This document shows, piece after piece, positions 9,987 through 22,442 of a stretch of 64,000 nt of DNA (within the stretch, counting starts at the first letter, position 1; the number at the start of each line of letters is the position of its first letter). Both the position numbers and the translations under genes were made by a program. Source of the DNA: Gonapodya sp. JEL0774 (Eukaryota); the NCBI GenBank assembly GCA_027604505.1, contig JADIIX010000045.1, forward strand, positions 1 through 64,000, in the 5' to 3' direction. The notes below the pieces were generated by a model. That model was not told where the DNA came from. It did not search any database and worked only from the letters and a program-made list of their open reading frames with translations.

Positions 9987-12900
9987 TCAAAATTTGAGCC
10001 CGTCCACCACTTCCTGTCCCAACCATCCAGCCATATCAATTTTGCCCCCAGACTCCCGGAAAGTTTGCGCAGCCTTTAGTAGCCATGGCTCCTGCAAAAG
10101 TTTCGAAGGTTTCGGTCGCCGGTCCGGATCTTTAATCAAACTGGATTGTACATCGGCGTGTCACAAAGTGTCACGAAAACGAATTTATTCGAGAGAGTAT
10201 GAGTGAGCACTCACCATACTGAAATGAATTGAGTAAAGTCTTCACTCCATTTCCCTTTCGCTGATAATCTGGGTGCCGGCTCGTGCACGATGGCCTGCAA
10301 GAGTTCAATGGGTGTGCGCAGCGGGATCGCCACGGCAGGTGGTGCCAGAGTCGCATTACTGCTGGGGCCTTGGAGCTGTGGTGGCATGGGAATATCCCAA
10401 CTGTCACCCGACGCATAAGGATGATGGCCGTCCGCCAGCTCAATGAGGGTTATGCCTAAGGACCACACATCTGCCTGGATCTGGTACCCCTTAGAATCTT
10501 TGGAAGGGTTGATCCTTTCCGGCTAAAGCAGGGAGACGGTCGTGTTGAGTGAGCTTCATTCTGCTTCTACAACGACCAGTCTCAAAAAACTCACCCCCAT
10601 ATAGTAGCTCGTCCCAACAAAGCTTGCGACACGACTCTCAGCGCTCAGCTCTCCAGTCTCACCAAAGTCCGCAACTTTCACTTTCCCATCGCTGTTGATG
10701 AGAAGGTTCGCCGGTTTGATGTCCCTGTGGATCATACGGAACTGCTTGTAAAGTTGATTCATCGCCGACGTAACAACATATGCAATGTGAGCAAGAACGT
10801 GCTCCGGGAAACCGTGTGGAGATGCTCGGCGAAGCAAACGATCGAGAGAGCCAAGATTCATGTGTTCCTGAATAGAGTCGCAGTTACTACCATCACCCTG
10901 TCGCAGTACATCTCACTCAGGCTTTCCACTTACCATTAACACCCAGACATCATTTCCCATGTGCAACGCACCATAAAACCCAACAATGAGGTCTGCGCCG
11001 GCTGCCATAATGCGAATCGCCCTGTCTAGTCTCCGCAGAGTCCGGCGAGTGTCGATGGAAATAACTTTCTTGGCCATCACCATCTCTTCCTTCACCTTCG
11101 TCACGGTCCCATCTTCGTTTACATGATCCACAATGTGTCGCCAAATGACCTTCTCCACAAAAGCTGAGGCACCATCTCCGAGCCACGAAATCTTTTCTAG
11201 TTCTTCGGACTTTATACCAAGTTTATTGGGTAGTTTCAGAGTTCCGTCGGCTGCTTCAATGCCCGGTACAGTTGTGTGCCCAACTGGTGTTGGTGTGAGA
11301 GCTGAATAGAACGAGTTCCCACTCTGTTCGGCTGACGGGGAGTCCAAAACTGCCAAGGAGTTTGCGTTGGACGACCGCCCCGCAATTTGAAGTGATAACT
11401 TTGGTCGAGATGGGTGCGGACGGCGGAGTGGAGACTTCCCGGTGTTGATAGGTGTGAAGGGGGTGGATGGCGGTGAGACGGCGGGAGTGCTGGTGTTGCT
11501 GACAGTCGGTGTCGAACTCGCAGATATGGATATGCGAGGAGGCGGCGGAAGCATCAAAGCCTGTTCTTGCAGCGATATCCCGGATGAATCAAAGGTGGGT
11601 TGCGAAGGGTGCCCTACCAAGCCCCCTGGCCCTTTCCCTCCCGCATTGAGACCGGTGGTCGAAGATTCCTTTTTCTTCGCTCGGACAGTGGAGTCTCTAT
11701 CAAGCGCCGCACCATCATCATTACCAGTTGTGGAAATCGAGTCCATAGTGAATACACTCATCCCAGATTCCCGGTCGGCTTCAATTGATCCAGGTCTAGC
11801 AGAGTCGCTCTCGCCACCCAGGCTGTACACGCTTGGTGTCGTGGGGGTGGTGGGAAGCACTAATGTGGGGACGGTCCTCCTGCGGCGGGCCGCCAATCCT
11901 CGTTCGGGCGTTCCGATCAAACCTCCAGCATATCTATCTTGCCCTTGAATCTCAGCATCTACAATGGAACCGTCCGGCGTTACAACAACCATTCCCATTG
12001 GCATTTGCGGAGCGTCTTTGCTGTGTCTACGTTCAGCTGGCGGCGGTGAAGAAGCCAATGGGCGGTCGCCGCTTGAGTTGCTTTCCGCTCGGTGCTTTGA
12101 AGTTTGAGAGACAAAGGATTGCAAAGGAGACACCGCGTCCGGCTCCAAAGAGCTATCCCGGCTAAGAACACTTTCCCTCCTCCCTGCCGCTCGAAAAGTT
12201 TTTGCATCGATGACTCGCTCTTCATTTGTGACTGTTGGCATTAGTATTGGTGGGGCTGGACCTGAAAACGTCGCATATCCGCCAGGCGGCCTCCAAGATC
12301 CGTTCTGGATAATGTTTGGCCCGACTGTAGCTGAAACTATATGGTCTTGCCCGGAAAAGCTCTGTGCCATAGCTTGTTGTGCCGCAGCCACCAACGTCCC
12401 ATCATCCTCGTCCCCGTCAGCTCCATCACCCAAGTTCGATACATCCCACGAAGACGATTCAGATCTTTGTAGGGATAAAGATCCTCTGGAGATCCCCGAC
12501 GAAACTTCCGAAATGTACGTTGCGAGTGTAGATGCCCCTGTTGCTGAGCTCGATGTTGGACTGGCAGTCGTGGTGGCTGTTGCAGCGGAGAACACCGACG
12601 AAGAACTGGGCGTTGTTGGGGAAGATATTGAGAGAGATGCTTTATTCGGCCTAGTCGCCGATGTTGACCGAGATACGTCAATCCTCAATCCTGCCCTGTC
12701 GTATGGTTCGCGAACACCGGCGGGGTGTCCGAAGCGCGGTCCACTTGCGGATGCGGCCTGGTTACCGTAAACACTGTAACTGTCCACCGGCAAGCGAGGA
12801 TGAGGCGAAAGCGATGCAGCTTGAGCAGATGTGAGGGCAGCATAGGCAGCCGCAGCGGAAGTTGAAGGACCTGTCGGGCCTGCGGACTTTGGAGGGGAGT

Positions 12901-15900
12901 GGAATGGTTTCGTTGACCGCACACCAGCACGGATACGATGGGTCGGCGGTCTCGACAGAGCACTTGAAGGGAAGGGTTCGTGGTCTTGTGTTTGTTCTCG
13001 GTCTTGGTCGAGAGTCGGGGACGACAGCGGTGGGGCGGAGGAGGCAGACTGTAAACCGGATGCACTACTCGGCCGCCGAGGTTGGCGCTTGGCGCCGACT
13101 TGCGGGGACGAGGATCGTTTTTGCGGCAACACAGGTTGCGTGGAATAGGTTGTTGGCGGAACATCCTGCCTACCACGCCCCAAATCCCCTTCTACATCCC
13201 ACTCTCGATCTTTTCGCCAATCACCATTCACCCAGCTAGCTGTCCCTCTCTCCTTATCCTCAGTTTCCTTTTCGAATGCACCTCCGGTGCCTGCATGCCA
13301 TGACTCCGCCAGACCGGCAGTGCTCAAACCCAATCTGTTTTGCCCGCTGGGACCCCTTCTATGTCGTGACTGCGAAGCCGCGTCAGCTTTCGTGGAATTA
13401 AGCTCATCTCCAGGAGCCACTCTGCCTGTGGAAGTGGAAGCTGAGAGATCCCTGGGTTTTCCATCTGATGAAGGAAGATATGCTGAAACCGGCCGCATCG
13501 CACGGGAAGCGGAGCGCCGGAGACTCAGGCTGGACGAAGTCGGCGGGGAGGTGGGTGGGGAGGCGGGGAAGGACAGAGTCATTTCTGGCGGGGACGGTGG
13601 GCGATAAGACTGCGTTCATGTAAATTAGTGAGACATCACAAAAAGTGAACAGCGGGAGGAGACAAAGGGAGAACAGCATCTACCTTTGCATCGTCGACAC
13701 CTATACCCCCATGGTGATCGTCCACCTGACTCCCTTGACCTCCACGACCCAGCATTTCACTCCAACCTGAATACTTCGCTTGCTGTCTAATAGCAACTGG
13801 TGGTATTCCGAAGTTCGCTTCATTGTTCCTTGCGATGCTCGGTACCCCACCCGGAGCAGTCCGGACCCACTCCTTTAGGTCCCCGGTGGCTTGTGACTGG
13901 GATTCAGAATCTCCAGCTGCATGGGTCATTACAGCAGACGCAGGCCTCCTCCTTGGTCTGCGGTCCCTTTCTCCATGCCCGAAGCCAGCGGGCCCACTCG
14001 CATCCTCTCTCTCTCGGTTTCTTTCCCTTACTGCGATGTGTTCCCTAACTTGCGCCGGAGTTGGGGGATTCTGACGCATCCGTCCAGCCGCAGGGGTGGG
14101 TGTCTCCGACGGCGAGGACGAGGATGTCGAAACCGGCGCTGAGATCATGGGCTGCACAGTTGCACTGCCATTAATTATAGCCTTGCCCACATCTGCACCA
14201 GAATGTGGATCGGTGGAAGCTCGGTCAGGGCCTCGGCCTCCCTCCCTCAACAGTGCTAATCGCTGCTCGCGCTCTCTTTCCCTCGCCTCTCGTCGCTCTC
14301 TCCACCCAGCGAGTCCCGTCACCGGTACTTGTGTTTGAGCTTGTGGTTGCCGTTGCGGCTGCACTGAATTCGACGAGGGCTCCAACTCGTTTGTGCTGTC
14401 CGTCGAAACGAAGGACCCAACCCCTCGCGGTCTCGGTGGCACGCTCCTGCTCCGCGACCCAGATCTTCCCAGTCCCGTCACCCCTGGTGCAGCCTGCGCC
14501 GCATGCTGCGCTTGTAAGTGTCGCGCTGACGGTGATGGAATCTCAGCTGGTTGTGATGGAACCGACGAGTAAGAGGTGGTTGAATGGGCCGCATACCGGG
14601 ATGCAAACCTATCAATAGCAGCACCGAGGGGGGAGGAGGAGACGTAAGCGGAGGATAAGACATTCGCCGAAGGGGAAGAGGAGGGGGATCCAGCACCGGA
14701 GCCACCCGCCGTTGCCGCAGCAGGTCCCGTCTCCCGTCTTGCTCGACGCGGCTTCTGGATCAAGAAAATGGACGAAGCGGGGGAGGAGGCGCCTGATGAT
14801 ACTGACGAGGGTGGCGGGGGCCCGTATCCGCTGGTTGTAGAAGACGCGAACGATGAGACCGAGCTCGATGATACGAGGAGTGGAAAATTGCTGTGATGGA
14901 CATGTTGGGAAAGCGGGGTTTGTTGGGCAGCAACGGTGGAAGGAAAGGAAGCTGAAGGGGCCGTCGGTTGAGTCGAGACCAACAGGGGAGGGTTGGAGGG
15001 TTGTTTGGACAGAAGTTTTGTAAGTTTGGATGAGATGCCGGCGGCGATTCCTCCTGCGCCTGAGGATGACTCAATCGAGGCAGTCGAGGTGGGCCTTCCA
15101 GTTCCTACTGCATTCTCCCTGGTGCCTGCTGATCCTCCCATTCCTCCAGTTGCTGCCCACGGGGATTGCGGTTGGTAATGGTGCTGCGGCGTGTGCTCAC
15201 GGTGTTGGTGCTGATAAGTGGGGGGTTGAAAGTTACTCTCGCGGTCTCGAGGTTCCCGAGTCTCTCGGTTGTCGCCTCGGGAGTCCCGCTCTCGGTCTCG
15301 AAAATCTCGTTGATCCCGATGGTCACTCTTTGAACGGTCACTCCAGTCAACACCTAAACCTGCGGACAGAGATGTCCTCTCCCGCTCTCTATTTCGATCT
15401 CTCATCATCTCTCGCTCACGCTCGCGGTCCCGCACCTCTCGATTCAGTTCACGGAAAGAGTACTTAGCATCCTTTGGTGGCGGTGGTGGAGGAGGGCCTG
15501 TAGCAGTGAGCGAGCTGTTGAAGGGAAGAGAATATTCCGCCACAACAGCTGTAGGGAGGTCGAGTGGGGACTTTTCGCGTTGGTTCGAGAACAGTGAGTT
15601 GAAGACTTTGGAGATGCCACGCTGTCGGGGTTGCTGTGGGGCAGAGAGGGGCCCCCGCAGGTTGCTGCCGGAAATTTGGGTATTAAGCGGCGGCAGGTCC
15701 GAGGGGATGGTGTATGAATCACGGGATGGTATTGGGACCTGGGGTGGCTGGGGTGGTGGCAGGGCAGAGGGCATCGGAGGGTGCAAAGCCGGATGGGAGA
15801 GGCGGTGGTTCGGGCCCGAGGACTCAACCGAAACTGGCTGATGTTGGTACAGTGGCAGGTTCAGATGTTGGTGTTGGTGCTGCAACTGCCGGTTTGAAAG

Positions 15901-16235
15901 TGTTGGTGTTATATTTCAGCGCATAATGCAACGGTTAGTTGACCCACATTCTCGAGCCTGTCCCAATCTGCTCCGAGTTCTATCCTCTGGTCTACGCTAC
16001 CAGTCGTCCATTCTCTGGTGCGCGACTGCCTCAAACCATCACGCGCGCGAGTGTCCCCAACTGTTCCCACACCCGAACCAGCGAGAGCAAAACCTGCCGA
16101 GCTTCCATTCGTTGCCCCTGACCTGTCATTTCTGTCCCGAACGTCTCGCATCCCTCGCCCACCAAATCCGCTGCCAGTGCCTACCCCTACCAATCCTCCC
16201 ACTGTATCACCAGGTATTCCATTGGCGTACATCAT
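9987..16235 (-). CDS. MAP kinase kinase (STE7/MAP2K family) with very long disordered N-terminus, ~1,950-2,000 aa
   Basis: Kinase motifs: LGDGASAFV, VMAKK, IVGFYGA, EHMNLGSLD, IHRDIKPANLL, DFGETGELSAESRVASFVGTSYYMGPERI, ADVWSLGITLIE, CLIKDPDRRP. A phase-0 intron 13683-13610 joins ORFs 13636-15885 and 10913-13582. The first exon (16235) is less certain. Stop at 9987. Confidence 0.9.
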
Positions 16236-16679
16236 TGCCTTTCTACAGATTCGGTCACCCTCTGACGACTCAATCCGTCTACCAAATGCCCTCTGTGTGC
16301 GACCTGCGCCTGTCCGTGGGCGTCCGTAGTTTCCCCTCTTTGTCTTAGTCCAACGCCGAAGGCCAGAGTAACGGTTCCTGTTCCCTGCTCCAGTTGGTTT
16401 CCCTCCTCGTTTTTCGTTCGTGTGCCCGTTTTATATGTTTGCGCTTTGTTCCTGGTTCTATAACAAAAAGTTACCTCCTGAGCGGGAGTGGGGACCCACA
16501 TGGCAGGCTCGGAGTGGCGCTGAGTTAGTTGCATGTGTCAGATGCCACACACAAACGAATACTCTCGAGAGTCTGAATCTGGCGCGACAACAAGATCTAT
16601 TCAATCGATTTCCAGACTCAGGAGAAAACCCCCTCCTACGTGGCTCGCCAGTCACATTTTCCATCCACAATCGTAACCT

Positions 16680-18291
16680 TCATGATATGCCAAAGGAGGC
16701 AATCTCGCACGCAGGTCTAGTAAATATAATTTCCGATTCTCCCTGATATAACGTCGTTGTACAATCTCCATCCCTCCCATTCTCATCATCCGAGCCCGAA
16801 TGAAACCCGTCCTCATCATGGTAATCGTATCCATAGCCTCGACGACTGCGCTTCTCAGATACGATACTCGTCCCATCGTCCTCCACGACTAATTCTTCGT
16901 CAGTTGTCTCCTCGCCCGGAACTCTCCATGCATGTTTGCTCTTGCGCTTTTCGCATCGAAGAATCCATTTATCGTTGAATTCGCAGTGGTGATTTACAGT
17001 TCCGAGTGCGAGAGCTATTTTGGCACATTTGATGAAAGAGATCGTGTTGGACTTGAGGCCGAGTAAATGTGTGTTGATGAGATTCTTGATATGGCGTGGT
17101 TGGTCAGGTTTCGAATGTCTGCGTTTGTTGGATTGCAGCGGAAAGTTCTCATGATCATGGTGGAGAAACACATATAGTAGATGGAATCAACAAACCTTTC
17201 CGTCTCTCCTCATTGTGATGCATCTTGAAAATGTTGACCGTCTGCCCTGACCCGGAACTGTGGTTCTCTGGCGTAACATTGAAAATATAGGTTGCCCAAG
17301 CGACGCAGCTGTTCTAGAGTGAACGGCGAGGAACGAAAAGCTCTCGACACTTGATCACCTGCCACCAACATTAGGAGGATGAGAGGTACTGAATGGGAAT
17401 CGGGAAAGCCGAGCAAATACACACCTCGTTCGATAATGATAGGAGTACTCGAAATCCGCGGAGCAAAATTTCCCCACTGGAGCGTAAACTCTCACCAGTA
17501 TATCCAGCGAGCGGGGTTCGTCGACATCCTCCCAGGTTGCCCCACCGTCTACCAAGGATATACTACCTTGTAACTTGCTCGCCAGCTCATCGTGATTGGG
17601 AATTTGTTTGCAGTTCCGGAGGAGGTGCTTGGTGCTGGAGAGTGCCAGATCATAGCCATTTATCACATTCTCTTCTTCATCGCATTCTCGATTCTTGAAG
17701 TCCGGGGCTAAGCGTTTGCGTTCTCTGAAGACAAAACGGAGGACGAGCAGTTTACTATCGCCTCCAAAGCGCCATCAATTGAGATGCCACGTACAAGTAG
17801 TATTTCTCCCACTGCTCTTCTGTGGCGTCCACTGCGTACGGCGGGAGTCAGTCGCCATATTTTGACACACCTCTTCCTCCACTCACCCTCTGATGGGCTG
17901 AAAGAGGAAAGCAAAGGAGTCCGCGTAAGAAATTGAAATGCAGAAAGATGTGGGTGATTTAAGAATGACGTTTGCGAGATGTTCGCCAAATGCGCCGTTG
18001 CGGTCTGAATACCCGCCCTCCCGCCTGAACGGCGGCGTCGTTTGCCGAGCGTAGAAGTGGGATTGCTGTCGTAGTTTCCCTTTGTGCGTTATAACCTTAC
18101 AGCGGTGAAACACGAGATGCGAACACATTCACGAGCCGCATCACAAATTCGCTTTTGTTTCCAGTGATCTTCAAGCCCCGGCTGAGACAAAGATCTTTGA
18201 GGTCCGTGTTTTGCTTAGCCTTATAGTTATTTATGTTGCTCGCTGTGGGGTGATTTGCTTTTGCATAGGGCAGCAAGGGCATACTAATGGA
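16680..18291 (-). CDS. Putative multi-exon SAP-domain protein
   Basis: KQNTDLKDLCLSRGLKITGNKSEFVMRL matches the SAP motif (LxxxLkxrGLxxsGxKxxLvxRL). Downstream minus-strand ORF pieces (17355-17666, 16680-17171) are probably further exons, but the model is unresolved. Confidence 0.5.
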
Positions 18292-19075
18292 CATTCCTGT
18301 TTGTCGGTCTTTACACGCAGTTTTCGACACAGTTCAAGAGCTCTGATATGATACTTCGGAGATCCGGTGATGGATTGGGGAGAAAAGCTCGAATCAATCA
18401 TCCAAATCCATTCACAGGCCTGAGCGAACGCTTACCCGTAAAGCCTGATTGCACATGACCTCGTGAGCCCGAAATCGGAAATCTCGATCGCTCTCGAATA
18501 CAGAAGACACAGAATCTTCGAGGTCCCGTTCTAATCAACGCGAGTTGAATGCCGAGGGTGGGCCTTTCATATGGGCCTGAATGTCCTGCTTGCTCTGTGG
18601 TGTATCCTCCTTACACGGGCGATTCTGCAAACATAAAAACGTCACTTAAAGAATGAAGAACTGTACAAGATGGTCGCAAATAAGTATTGAGTACGTGTAA
18701 GTACGTTTAAGTACGTATTTATGGCGTGATCGTGATACGTATTCACTTCATTATAAGTTTCGAACCGGGCGAATTTGCGCTATGCAACGCCGACTTCGAA
18801 AGTTCTGTCTACGAGCGTTGGCGCACGATAGTGTTGTGGCGATTAGGTGGTATTCCTCGCAGTGGAAGGGTGTGTGTGGCGGGGTACAATAACCAATTTT
18901 GGTCACTCTCGAAATGCGGAAACGGGAAACGGCGATTTGCATCTACAATAACCCTGCTTTTTCGTTTATAAATATCCAAAGGTGCCACCGGGTACTGTAA
19001 ATACGCATTCACGTCTCGCTGAATACGCATTCAGTGAGGATCATTGCGAGCGCTTTGATCTCTGTTCCCACATCA

Positions 19076-20096
19076 TTAAATGTTAGAGTCCGTACCCCGA
19101 GGAACCGACTCTATAACTACCCTCAAAATGTCACTCAAGCTCTCTGGGCTCACGCTGTGACCCACGCCCTCGTATGTGAGTACTCTAACATTGGCGAATC
19201 CAAGATCCTTCAAGACCTTTCGAGTTTGGGACGCGCGGGTGAACGGTACCATGAGGTCCTCAGTTCCGTGTTGTACCACAAATGGTGTGCTTATGTTGGT
19301 GGGAGTTATGTGGCGAGCAAGGATGGAATCGAGAGGGTTGGGTAGTTTTACTGCAGATTTAACCACCGAGATTTTGACAGAAGAGGTGGGTGTCGACGTG
19401 TTCTGATCATGGTCCTCGTCCTCTTCATCGGCACCATCGAAAGATTCGGATACCTTGAGATGCTGGACAAGAGGTAGGAAGGTGGAGACGGCGAGGCAGC
19501 AGGCGAACTTGTAAGGTTGAGGGGCAGAGAGTGTTGTAAGGAGTGCGACTGAGTGGTTCGAGTGTGTTTAGTGTGGGTGAGAGTGGGACGTAGTTGTTTG
19601 TGTAAGTGAGGTGAGAGAGGCTCCTTCTCTGAGAATTGAGATACGAAAATAATCGACGCACTTGCTCCGCCCTGCGAAAATCCCAATATAATTATCCTCT
19701 CTGGGGGAATTCCTCGGTCAACCTCACTCTTGACGATAGAGAGCACTTCATCCCGAGCCCACAGCATTCCCGGTTCATCTTCCGTGCGTCGAGTGAAGTC
19801 AATACGGTACCAAGACGCCTCTGGAGCGTGAGGAAGTATCCACTTGACCCTATGTAACCCCCATTTCATATCGTATTGACATCATGAGCGTTGGTTTGAA
19901 TTGAATTGGAAGACAACACATGAACAACTCACCACGGAACATGAGGTCCCACTAAGTTAGCGATCGGCTCCCATCCATGCCCTGAATCACCGTATCCGTG
20001 CAAGACTATCACGGTTGCCGTGTGCCGGTGTCCAGGTTTGCTCGGAACAACGAGAGCTTCCGATAGGAGGAGGCCGGGTGGCAAAGGCGAGGACAT
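19076..20096 (-). CDS. Acyl-protein thioesterase 1 / lysophospholipase-carboxylesterase (Abhydrolase_2)
   Basis: HTATVIVLHGYGDSGHGW, VKWILPHAP, IIILGFSQGG (nucleophile), HGTEDLMVP (acid) and YEGVGHS (His), with GT-AG introns between them. Confidence 0.9.
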
Positions 20097-20508
20097 GAGA
20101 GCAATGAAGTCGCGTGCTAGAAGGAAAAGGAATATATTGTCTGTTGGTGTACGCCAAATGGCAGCAAACTATTCCGGATTTCAACTGTTATGAGTGGGAT
20201 ATGATGGAATCCTCCCAAAACCATGAAAGCGATTACATATCCCCATATTTGAGTGATATTCTCCCGTGAGTCTTGCACTTGCATAGACACTTGTCAAAAA
20301 TAAAAATTTGAAGAATAAAAATTTGAACAACCAGCTGTTTGGCTTCGCGAGGGGTTTCTCCGACTGGAGCCTCGCACTACTATCCCGCCGCTGAGAGTCA
20401 TTGGCCAAAGGTTCCACACCCCGGTTTCCTCTCCAACAAGCATTCCACCCACTTTTCCAGCTGTCGCCCGACATTCATAGCCGTGGCGCTTAACTCACTC
20501 TCAACCTC

Positions 20509-22143
20509 ATGTCCCTCCCCGCTCTCTCCAATGACACCTTTGGTCTACACTTCCCGCACGCTCCTTTAACTCCAATCACGGACATTCCATCCGACGCTCC
20601 TACGCTACAGATACCAGATTGGGACTCTTTGAAGATTGGGATTGCAGAGGTATGTTTGTGGACTGGTTATCGGATGTCCAAATCGGCCTGTTCGTTCTGC
20701 CGATGCCGAGTTTTTGCCCCCCAGTACCCCGCTGGCCCTACAGGATGTACCGTGTTTCTGCTCCCGTTTGGTTCATCTTGCCATCCGGATGTACGGGGCG
20801 GCTCCCCCGGAACACTGATGGCGGCAGCTGGAGGAAAGTAAGTTCTTGTTCCAGAGTCCCCAGAGTGCGAGAAAATCTATTGATGGAATAGGTATCGCTA
20901 GAACAGACGCCGTTGTGCTCACGGGTGGATCGTGCTTCGGTCTGGAATCCGCAACGGGCGTTACCGCCCAGCTTCTCGCTCAGCAGAACTACAAAGCCGA
21001 CTGGTCCAACATTCCAGTGAGATTCACCAATGTCGAATCTTCAATAAACTAGTTGCTTAACCAATCTCCTCCCGACTCATCAGATCACCCGCTCCGCCGT
21101 CGTCTACGACCTCTCCGTCCGCTCAAACACAATATATCCCGATCTCGCGTGCGGGCGCGCCGCTGTGCGGTCTGCTCGTGCGGGTGTGTTTCCCTTGGGG
21201 AGAAGAGGCGCCGGGTCAGCGACGACGGTTGGGAAGTTGGATGGAAGAAGGGATTTGGCTGAGTGGGCCGGCCAAGGTGAGCATACCGGGATGAGGAGGG
21301 GGGGGGGTGGGGGTGGGGGTGAGCAGCCCGAGAAGCTGTCCAAAATTTTTTTTTTACCGCGTTGCAGCTTATGAAGGCGGGGGCAGTAATCTTATGGTCC
21401 TTCTAACGCATTCGTCAACTTACTTTTAAGGTGGTGCTTACAAGAACATTAATGGAGTAAAGATCGCCGTGGTATGTCCATCCTGCTCATGTAAACGTAT
21501 TTCAACTTTAACTGTCCCTGTCTCTCAGTTTACAGTCTCAAACTCAGTCGGCGCCCTCGTCGACCGTTCCGGCAAGATCGTCCGCGGCCTCTTCGACAAA
21601 AAGATGAACCGGAGACTTTCCTTCGAAGAGTACACGTCGTCATACCTGGCCAGTCATGCAACAACTGCTCCTGTTGGGGCAGAGTCTCGCCCAGCGGCAG
21701 TCTTACCCCCAGCGGATGGCACTCCAAGAAACACGACCATTTCGTTGTTCGTGACCAACGCGAAGTTCGAAGGTGCGGTTGCCGAAGCGGCGTTCCAGAA
21801 TCTTGTGCGGAGTGTACACGCGAGCATGGCAAGATCCATTCAGGTGAGGTTATGAAGACGGAGGGAGGGCTGCAATCTTCATTGCACTTCTCAATCGCCC
21901 CGTCCTCCGCTCATATAGCCGTTCCATCTTCTCTTTGATGGAGACGTGATGTTTGGCGTCACCACCAACGAGCTCGACGTCCAGTGGACCGACCTCAGCC
22001 CTCCCGACAAGGGTCCCAGCTCAGATGCGACGGATACTACAGCGGTCCAAATGTCAACACAACTGGTCGCGTACATAGCGGGGGAACTGATGTGGGATGC
22101 GGTATTGTCGAGTTTCGAGGGAGAGAGTGGTGTGATCTCGTAA
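20509..22143 (+). CDS. Peptidase family S58 (DmpA/P1, L-aminopeptidase/D-esterase-like Ntn-type hydrolase)
   Basis: GPTGCTV, DVRGGSPGT, DAVVLTGGSCFGL, VVYDL, GAGSATTVGK, NSVG, RNTTI (autoprocessing site), MARSIQPFH..DGDVMF. About 6 introns. Confidence 0.85.
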
Positions 22144-22442
22144 ACTACGCTCACAACTCGCCGCCAGGCGTGAAGTTGCACATATGATAAATGCTAAGGC
22201 ACACGAACCGTTTTATGTGTAAATTGTCGTAGTAATCATATGATTTGAAAAGTCACGCTCTGGAGGTAATTGCGCACGGTTTAGGATATTCACCCAACAG
22301 GTTTGTACAGATTATCCAGTAAGTAAGTATATTCCTACGTTTTTGAGGAGTCAATAATGCACTTAGACCTACTCTCTCACGCTCATGCGGCAAAAAAGAA
22401 ATTTCAAAACTCCAAATCAAGTATTGCACACAAAGTCGCAGT

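Noticed and set aside
11442..16348. Plus-strand ORFs antisense to the MAP2K
   Set aside because: Shadow ORFs of a GC-rich coding strand.
18687..18722. Three AGTACGT 10-bp repeats as a regulatory site
   Set aside because: Short microrepeat in a 3' intergenic region with no supporting context.
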